This document shows positions 58,024-64,000 of a DNA stretch of 64,000 nucleotides, in pieces; position 1 is the stretch's first letter; each line of letters opens with the position of its first letter. A program made the position numbers and the translations under genes. The notes beneath the pieces were generated by a model that saw nothing but the letters and a program-made list of their open reading frames with translations, searched no databases and was not told the origin of the DNA. The stretch spans positions 186,001 through 250,000 of the IMG/VR virus record IMGVR_UViG_3300024308_000016, one strand, 5' to 3'.

Positions 58024-59469
58024 ATGATCTCGCAAGCAATCTACAACGTCGCACAAGCGCAGTCCGCTGGCCTGAAGGCAGCCATCGGCAAACAGGTGCT
58101 GCCTGGCTCCAAGAGCCTGCTCAACGCACTGATCAACATGAGCTTCGTATCGGCCTCGCCCTCCGACGTGGCCGTGCAGATCGAAGAAGTCACTACTGGC
58201 GCCCCCGGTCAAGTCACCGGCCATACGGCAGCGCTGGGCGCCATCGTCGATGAACTGGCCACTGCCGCTCAGACGCACGTCGAGTATGTGCAAAACACCG
58301 TGCGTCCGGCGGTCACCGCCATGATGGACGAGCTGTACAACTTCCGCAAGGAAAACGAAGCTCAGGGTCCAGGCTCTTTGTTCGACATCCAGGTGGTGGT
58401 GCCTCCTCCGTCCATGACGGATGACTCCCTGCGCACCATGATCGACTCCATGGCTCAGGAAGGCATGCAGGAACCCATGCGCCTGATGACGCTGCCGGCG
58501 GCCACCTATGAGCAGATCGTCGAGTGGATGAGCGTCTCCAGCGCCTCGGTCAACAAGACCGTGCAGGAATGGCTGGCCACGCGTGGCCAAGAATGGCTCA
58601 CCAACATCTACGCCTACTACTTCGCCAGCTCCAACATGGCCGTGACCACGCCAGGCCTGTACAAGGGCGGCCTGGCTGAAATCAATGCACTGCCTGCATT
58701 CACTCGCGTGGAACTGGGCACCGTGCTGTACCTGATCAGCCGCGGCTTGTACAACGTCGCGCTTGATGAGCCCACTGGCATGAACGCCAACCAGTGGAAG
58801 CAGGCCATGGATGCCTATTCCCGTTATGCGGCGCTCACGTTCAAGTTCGCCTCTCGTGTGGTGGACGTGTACGAGCGCAACAAGACACTGATCATGAGCG
58901 TGCTGGACCAAGGCAAAGTCGGGATCGTGTATGGCCCTGTCTACAACGCGTGGCTCGCCGAGGGCAACGATGCGGCGACCATCCTGGGCGCCATGATCTC
59001 GGGCAAGGCCACGTCGTTCACCGTGCAGGACATCAACGACTCCGACGTGTGCTATGGCGACGTGTGGTGCAACTACGAAAAGACCGCCGAAGCGACGCTG
59101 CGTGCTCGTCTGGATGTGGCCATGCGCGCCCATGCACTGGGTATCATGCAGGGCATGTGCGGCAAGTTCACTCCCGCGGAGCAGGCTCTGTTCGGCGAGG
59201 ACAACACCTCCGTGTTCAACACCATGGTGTCGGAAGCTCGCAACTGGCTCAGCCAGATCCCCACGGACACGGCGCTGGACCCCGAGAAGGTGGCTCTGAA
59301 GCTGGTCGCCGGCATCCGCTACAAGCATACGCCCGCCTTCCAGTTCCTGAGCGACATGCTGGAGCTGGGCCGCCAAGGTGTGGAAGATCCCCGCGAAGCC
59401 GCAGCTATCGCAGCGATCAACTACATCGCCGACTACCTGTCCACTGAGCTGGCTCTGACGCAGGCATGA
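58024..59469 (+). CDS. Conserved head-morphogenesis-region protein (phiKZ gp177-like)
   Basis: 481 aa; lies between vRNAP beta and prohead protease. Confidence 0.7.
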   Translation: MISQAIYNVAQAQSAGLKAAIGKQVLPGSKSLLNALINMSFVSASPSDVAVQIEEVTTGAPGQVTGHTAALGAIVDELATAAQTHVEYVQNTVRPAVTAMMDELYNFRKENEAQGPGSLFDIQVVVPPPSMTDDSLRTMIDSMAQEGMQEPMRLMTLPAATYEQIVEWMSVSSASVNKTVQEWLATRGQEWLTNIYAYYFASSNMAVTTPGLYKGGLAEINALPAFTRVELGTVLYLISRGLYNVALDEPTGMNANQWKQAMDAYSRYAALTFKFASRVVDVYERNKTLIMSVLDQGKVGIVYGPVYNAWLAEGNDAATILGAMISGKATSFTVQDINDSDVCYGDVWCNYEKTAEATLRARLDVAMRAHALGIMQGMCGKFTPAEQALFGEDNTSVFNTMVSEARNWLSQIPTDTALDPEKVALKLVAGIRYKHTPAFQFLSDMLELGRQGVEDPREAAAIAAINYIADYLSTELALTQA

Positions 59470-60185
59470 ACTACAAGCGCAACCCCGAGGCCGTGAGGGC
59501 GAACTTTGCGGTCAACAAGGCCAAGCAGGTCATCTGCCGACAGCCTTGCACCATCCAGGTGCCCAAGACGTACTTTGACTCCGGCCTGGGGCAGCTGGGC
59601 GTAGACACCAAGATCTATGGCCTGTTTCCCGTCATCTTGGAGGACGGTCAGTACTCCTTGGTGAACACCACTGCCATGTTCTCGATCTCTCCGTCGGCGA
59701 CCACCATCCGCACGGTCGATGAGATCGAGTACTATGAGTTCTACTTCGCCAAGGACACGGTGGTCTGGAAAACGACAGGCTTGCTGAGCGATGCCAAGCT
59801 GATCTATGAAGTGTTCCAAGCGTTCTTCTTCATGGGTCGGGTGCCCTGGTATGTCAGCTACGACGATCACGGGCGGGTGCTGGATACAGCACCTACCTTC
59901 GCAGGCTTCGGTGCTGTGAAGAATCCCGAGGTGGTGGAATTCCTCACCGCCATGATCGCCCGAAAGGCCAACTCCATCGACAACGAGTTCCTGCGTCTGC
60001 TCATCAAGAGCTACGAGGACACGAAGATCGGCAAGGTGGAGTTCGTGCCCATGGGCTCTGTCGTAGCCTCTGTCAAGAGCTCGCTCAACAAGATCTCGGC
60101 CGCCTACGCTCAGGACGGCATCATCAGCGCCATCGTCTCCCCAGGAGAAGATGTCGGTGTCGTCGAGAAGATCGTACGAGCATAA
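59466..60185 (+). CDS. Conserved hypothetical protein (phiKZ gp176-like)
   Basis: ATGA overlap; GRVPWYVSYDD motif; synteny. Confidence 0.7.
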   Translation: MNYKRNPEAVRANFAVNKAKQVICRQPCTIQVPKTYFDSGLGQLGVDTKIYGLFPVILEDGQYSLVNTTAMFSISPSATTIRTVDEIEYYEFYFAKDTVVWKTTGLLSDAKLIYEVFQAFFFMGRVPWYVSYDDHGRVLDTAPTFAGFGAVKNPEVVEFLTAMIARKANSIDNEFLRLLIKSYEDTKIGKVEFVPMGSVVASVKSSLNKISAAYAQDGIISAIVSPGEDVGVVEKIVRA

Positions 60186-60204
60186 CTCAAGAAAGGCATC
60201 TGTC

Positions 60205-60975
60205 GTGAGCGACATCATCTACACATCCACCATGCTCGCCGGCACTGGCCGCAAGGGCATCATCAAGCCAGACGCTGCGGGCTACTACACCTCGTGCATC
60301 GGGGCACTCGGCATCAAGAACGCCGCCGGCGTCATCTATGATGCCAAGATCGGCGCCAAGCTGTTCGAGTCCAACAGTGACCTGATGCGGCGCATCGCCA
60401 CGGGCAACCTGCGAGGAGAAGTCGGCCATCCTCGGCGCCAAGCTGGTATGAGCGACGACGAGTTCTTCCAGCGTTGCCTGGACATCGCTGAGCCCAACGT
60501 CTGCGTGTACTGGGCCGAGATCGGCCTGGACGAACAGTACGGCAGGAAGAACCCTGAGCTGGGCCTTCCAGAGATGGTCGGCATCATGGCGCGTTTCCGT
60601 CCAGGCGGCGCTCGTGGTGACTTCCTGGCGCGCGATATGGAAGACCCCAACACCAACGTGTGCTTCTCCATCCGCGCGTTCTCGGTGCCCTTCAAGCAAA
60701 TGGGCCGCCCCATGTACGGGCTGCAGACCATTGCTACCTGGGACTACGTCAATGAGCCGGGCTTGTCGCCAGCCAACAAGTTCCAATCGCTGACCTGCGA
60801 GGCCCTGAACACGGAAGTGATCAAGGACGCCACCGTGCAGCGCGCTTTGCGCGAGATCGAATCCGGTCATCTGACCGTGAGCTTCGAGTCGGCTGCGGCT
60901 ATCCGCACGCTGGCACAACTGAGCCGCCGTCCTGCAGACGTCGCCGCTCCCACCACTTTCCTGACTGGCTGGTAA
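60205..60975 (+). CDS. Prohead (head maturation) protease, phiKZ gp175 / T4 gp21-like
   Basis: LRGEVGHP (His), CFSIRA (Ser), TWDYVNEPG (Asp). Confidence 0.88.
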   Translation: MSDIIYTSTMLAGTGRKGIIKPDAAGYYTSCIGALGIKNAAGVIYDAKIGAKLFESNSDLMRRIATGNLRGEVGHPRRQAGMSDDEFFQRCLDIAEPNVCVYWAEIGLDEQYGRKNPELGLPEMVGIMARFRPGGARGDFLARDMEDPNTNVCFSIRAFSVPFKQMGRPMYGLQTIATWDYVNEPGLSPANKFQSLTCEALNTEVIKDATVQRALREIESGHLTVSFESAAAIRTLAQLSRRPADVAAPTTFLTGW

Positions 60976-60997
60976 GCCAAAAAGAAAAGACCATATC

Positions 60998-61027
60998 CTC
61001 CAGGGCCCCCGAAAGGGGGCCCTGGAG
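60998..61027 (+). terminator. Hairpin terminator
   Basis: CTCCAGGGCCCCC-GAAA-GGGGGCCCTGGAG. Confidence 0.75.
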
Positions 61028-61058
61028 TGGTATGTTCTATGCCGCACGTAAACAATTT

Positions 61059-61083
61059 CAGTCACATATACCTTACCTGAGGA
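61059..61083 (+). promoter_or_regulatory. Putative phage early promoter motif, copy 3
   Basis: CAGTCACATATACCTTACCTGAGGA with AT-rich upstream. Confidence 0.55.
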
Positions 61084-61227
61084 TGGCCACGATCTTTTCG
61101 TAGCTGTCTCCATTCCCTCTTCCCGGAGTCCATAGAGACTCCCGTAATATAAACGAGATATCGCACCAGTGCAGGAATTCTCCTGGCTGGTTCCTCAGGT
61201 TTAACTGTCGTATACCCGGCAGAAAGG

Positions 61228-61818
61228 TTGGCTATTATGTTCGTCGCTCCTAACACCTTCAAGCAAGCTGCATACAATGCGTTTGTTCCTGTCTTGATTG
61301 CGGACCATCTGTTCCGTACTTTGCTGATCGCCAGCTACCTGGCTGTGTGCCTGATGATCTCCTTCATCAAGGTCGATGGCTTGTTTCTTGTGATCTACTC
61401 TTTGCTGTGCGCTGGCGTCTATGCGCTTACCTATGTGCACCTGGGCATCGCTAACCACCTGCGTTTGTATTTCGACCTCCAAGAGCTCGAACTCGCAGAT
61501 GAGGTCAAGTACTGCCGAGAAGCCTACCGCGTCGTGGTGGGCCGCGTACACGCCTTGCTGCGTGTGTTCACGGTGATGGTACTGTTCACTTCTGGTATGA
61601 CGGTGTTTTGCACGCTGGGCGCTGTGATGAAAGTCCACGACTCGCTGCTGAGCATCGCCATCGGTGGTAACTTGGTCAGTGCCGCCATCATGCTGGTGCT
61701 GGGTCTGACGGGTGCTTATAAGTACATGTCCACCAACTTCATCCAAGAACGTCTGGAGGACATCAGCTTCCCCCATATCCGCATCATGCTCAGCCGCGTC
61801 AAGCGCGAAGGCGTGTAA
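61228..61818 (+). CDS. Hypothetical multi-pass membrane protein (about 4 TM)
   Basis: Two pairs of hydrophobic helices; start may be ATG 61237. Confidence 0.7.
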   Translation: MAIMFVAPNTFKQAAYNAFVPVLIADHLFRTLLIASYLAVCLMISFIKVDGLFLVIYSLLCAGVYALTYVHLGIANHLRLYFDLQELELADEVKYCREAYRVVVGRVHALLRVFTVMVLFTSGMTVFCTLGAVMKVHDSLLSIAIGGNLVSAAIMLVLGLTGAYKYMSTNFIQERLEDISFPHIRIMLSRVKREGV

Positions 61819-61842
61819 AGGGAACCAGGTAGCCATATCACT

Positions 61843-62211
61843 ATGGCTATCTTAATTCCCTTAGTTTCGATGTTCAAACCCGATCCTACAGCTAAGGTGG
61901 TGTTTTACGCGATACGCCAAAACCTCAGCTCTGGGGTCTTGGATTGTTACCCGTACCCTACACCCCGATTTGATGTAGAGAGACTCCCAGTAGAGAAAGG
62001 TGCCAGATGGAGAGTTAATCTAGTTCTTGATCCCGACCTCGGGTTTACGGACAATATGACGTCTAGATCCGACGTCCTCAGCTATTTGCTGCGAGCGCCC
62101 AAGTACATCGATGATACAGATGCATCGACGGTCCGGTCTTCGGTGACCCGGCTGCTGATGCACTGGGCTGAGATGTTTCCTTGTGGCGTACCAGATCGCA
62201 TCCTCGACTGA
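61843..62211 (+). CDS. Hypothetical protein (122 aa, AT-richer)
   Basis: AGGT RBS-like sequence; atypical codon usage. Confidence 0.5.
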   Translation: MAILIPLVSMFKPDPTAKVVFYAIRQNLSSGVLDCYPYPTPRFDVERLPVEKGARWRVNLVLDPDLGFTDNMTSRSDVLSYLLRAPKYIDDTDASTVRSSVTRLLMHWAEMFPCGVPDRILD

Positions 62212-62300
62212 AAAAGTGGTGGAAAAAATCTGGCTCTATCCCATCGCTGTGGGAGGATGAGCGAGATCGCGAAAGGATCCCCCTTTCTAAATTGGTCAAA

Positions 62301-62322
62301 GCACATATACTCTACTTGAGGA
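62301..62322 (+). promoter_or_regulatory. Putative phage early promoter motif, copy 4
   Basis: GCACATATACTCTACTTGAGGA preceded by TAAATT. Confidence 0.55.
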
Positions 62323-62441
62323 GTGCGCGTTGACTTCTTTAGTTTCGCGAACGAACCTCCCCTATTGGCATACTTGCGTTTTGCGATTCGCCTTTAGCTT
62401 TTAGCTTTTTCCCTTTTCAACAAAGACTTTCTGGAGAGATC

Positions 62442-62903
62442 ATGTCCGATACCAAAACCCTGAGCGCCACTGCTGCCAAGGTTTCCGAAATGCTGGTCAA
62501 CGATGCCGCGGCCCGCGATACCGTTTTCGAAAAGACCCTGCCCGAACACCTGAACATGGGCATCGTCGAAGAAGTCGCTCAACACCATGTCGACGTGGCC
62601 GCGGGCACCGTCAATGCCGTCACCATCCTGGGCATCAAGGCAGCCAAGGAAAGCGGCGACAACAAGACCCAGACCTCGCTGCGCGTCAAGACCGGCAAGG
62701 GCAGCCACATCGACGCCACCTACACCCCCAAGAAGGAAGGCACCCTGCCGGCACGCAACGGCGGCGAACCCACGCACTACACCAGCTGGGGCGCTGTGAG
62801 CGTGGGCGTCAAGACCTCCATGGACTCCAAGGGCGGCCAGATGGGCACCGCGCTGGACCTGGCCAAGTCGATGACCGAAGAAGCGCTGGGCGGCACCAAG
62901 TAA
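62442..62903 (+). CDS. Hypothetical protein, probably highly expressed (153 aa)
   Basis: GGAGA RBS, very strong codon bias, own promoter motif and terminator. Confidence 0.8.
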   Translation: MSDTKTLSATAAKVSEMLVNDAAARDTVFEKTLPEHLNMGIVEEVAQHHVDVAAGTVNAVTILGIKAAKESGDNKTQTSLRVKTGKGSHIDATYTPKKEGTLPARNGGEPTHYTSWGAVSVGVKTSMDSKGGQMGTALDLAKSMTEEALGGTK

Positions 62904-62956
62904 TCACTGGGCAGCCGGCATGACGGGCTAAGCCTGTCTTAGAACGTCAAAGATAC

Positions 62957-63007
62957 CTCCCTCCCACCAGCCGCGAGGCTGGTGGGAGAGGGGCTCTTTA
63001 TTTTTTG
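62957..63007. terminator. Bidirectional terminator
   Basis: CTCCCACCAGCC-GCGA-GGCTGGTGGGAG followed by a T-rich tract. Confidence 0.8.
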
Positions 63008-63021
63008 CCTGCTTTTGCCGA

Positions 63022-63897
63022 TTACGCGCCGGTGAGCACGTTCTCGTCAGCAGTGCGGCGCATACCTGCGTACAGGCCGGTGTTGGCAGCAGCTGCCACG
63101 TCAGGTGCGATCTCGTTGAGCCACGCACGACGGTTGTAGGGATCAGCGCCCACACGGCTGGAGCTGTTCATGATCTCCTGGGCAAACGCATTGATGCCGT
63201 TGCCCACAGCCGAGATGCCGGAGAAGGGGATCGACAGACGCGTCAGGGCCGAGGGTTCGGTCAGGTCGCGCAGGCCGATGATTTCACCGGTACCCAGAGG
63301 GTAGAAGTTGGTGGTGAGCCACGCCTTCTCAATGCCGTTGTGCACGGGGTCTGCTTCGTAGGCCAGGATCGTTGCCGAGTACCAGTCAGCCAGCAGGTCC
63401 GAGGGGACGTTGGACGGCAGCGTGGTGAGCATGGCATACTTGACTTCCGGGTCCATGATGGCGTAGCGGATCCAGATGTCGATGAAGCGCTGGATGGGGC
63501 GGCCGTACTTCTCGATGAAGTTGAGCACAGGCTCGGTACGGGCGCGCTTGGAGTCAACAGGCTCCTGCATCATTTCACCAGCGCCACCCACAGCGTGATC
63601 GTCGGTGGACACCGTCAGAGCGGCGTTGAAGCCTTCTGCGCGGATGACCTTGGTCTCCATCATGTTGCGGAACGATGCTTGCCAGCGAAGCGGGTCGGGC
63701 ATCAGGTTGAAGAAGCGCGGCGACTCCAGCACCACCAGCTCCAGTGGCTTGCGGACATACGCTTGGTCAGACAGGTAGTTGCCCAGGTCAGGGGACCAAC
63801 CAAAGAAACCGCCAACGTCCAGGGACACTGCGTTGGGGTTGCCACCCATCAGGCCATAAGCCGATTGTCCGATAATGGTATCTTCTCTACGTGCCAT
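63022..63897 (-). CDS. Tail tube protein (phiKZ gp30-like)
   Basis: 291 aa; DQAYVR, VGGAGEMMQEP, EKYGRPI and AWLTTNFYP motifs; AGGAG RBS. Confidence 0.75.
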   Translation of the reverse strand: MARREDTIIGQSAYGLMGGNPNAVSLDVGGFFGWSPDLGNYLSDQAYVRKPLELVVLESPRFFNLMPDPLRWQASFRNMMETKVIRAEGFNAALTVSTDDHAVGGAGEMMQEPVDSKRARTEPVLNFIEKYGRPIQRFIDIWIRYAIMDPEVKYAMLTTLPSNVPSDLLADWYSATILAYEADPVHNGIEKAWLTTNFYPLGTGEIIGLRDLTEPSALTRLSIPFSGISAVGNGINAFAQEIMNSSSRVGADPYNRRAWLNEIAPDVAAAANTGLYAGMRRTADENVLTGA

Positions 63898-63970
63898 TTC
63901 GGTTTAACTCCTAATCTTGTCAAATAAGCAGCGAGAAGCCCGAAGGCTCTCGCTATTGCTTTGCTAGAGC

Positions 63971-64000
63971 TTACTGCTCGGCTTCCAGGCGCTTGCGGCG
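63971..64000 (-). CDS. 3' end of the upstream gene (probably tail sheath), partial
   Basis: Minus-strand frame ...RRKRLEAEQ* followed by a hairpin; identity inferred from synteny only. Confidence 0.35.
   Translation of the reverse strand, partial: RRKRLEAEQ

Noticed and set aside
62212-62441. Possible tRNA/ncRNA or sigma70 promoter (TTGACT) in the intergenic gap
   Set aside because: No cloverleaf or T-loop motif, and no properly spaced -10 element

Overview
This 64-kb window comes from a fairly GC-rich jumbo phage of the phiKZ-like (Chimalliviridae-type) lineage. The assignment rests on motifs and gene order recalled from that family; no database search was run. Nucleotide and DNA metabolism genes include class Ia ribonucleotide reductase nrdAB (Burkholderiales-like), RuvC, a CYTH-like protein, SbcC/Rad50, RNase H and UvsX/RecA. 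Transcription genes are one non-virion RNA polymerase subunit (gp123-like) and three virion RNA polymerase subunits (gp149-, gp180- and gp178-like). Virion and lysis genes include portal, baseplate, tail-fibre and spike genes, a 2,500-aa tape-measure/lytic protein, prohead protease, tail tube and an i-/o-spanin pair. Main observations: (1) Two related, ORF-less group I introns interrupt adjacent virion RNAP genes. One splits the catalytic D|YDGD motif (52372-52775) and the other splits the beta-subunit NDD|PKR motif (56213-56536). The first has an unusual ~75-nt structured insert in its P1 loop that can form a competing hairpin over the 5' splice site. (2) A Peptidase-S74-like autocleaving chaperone domain with an intact S-D-x-x-x-K dyad lies inside the tape-measure protein, which also carries M15-peptidase and lytic-transglycosylase domains. 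(3) A recurrent ~24-bp putative early-promoter motif occurs four times. (4) A family of CATA...hairpin...TATG terminators is present. (5) There is a Met-Ala-stop mini-ORF overlapping a CTG start, and an internal in-frame start in an Arg/Asp-rich protein. No tRNA, rRNA or CRISPR array was seen.
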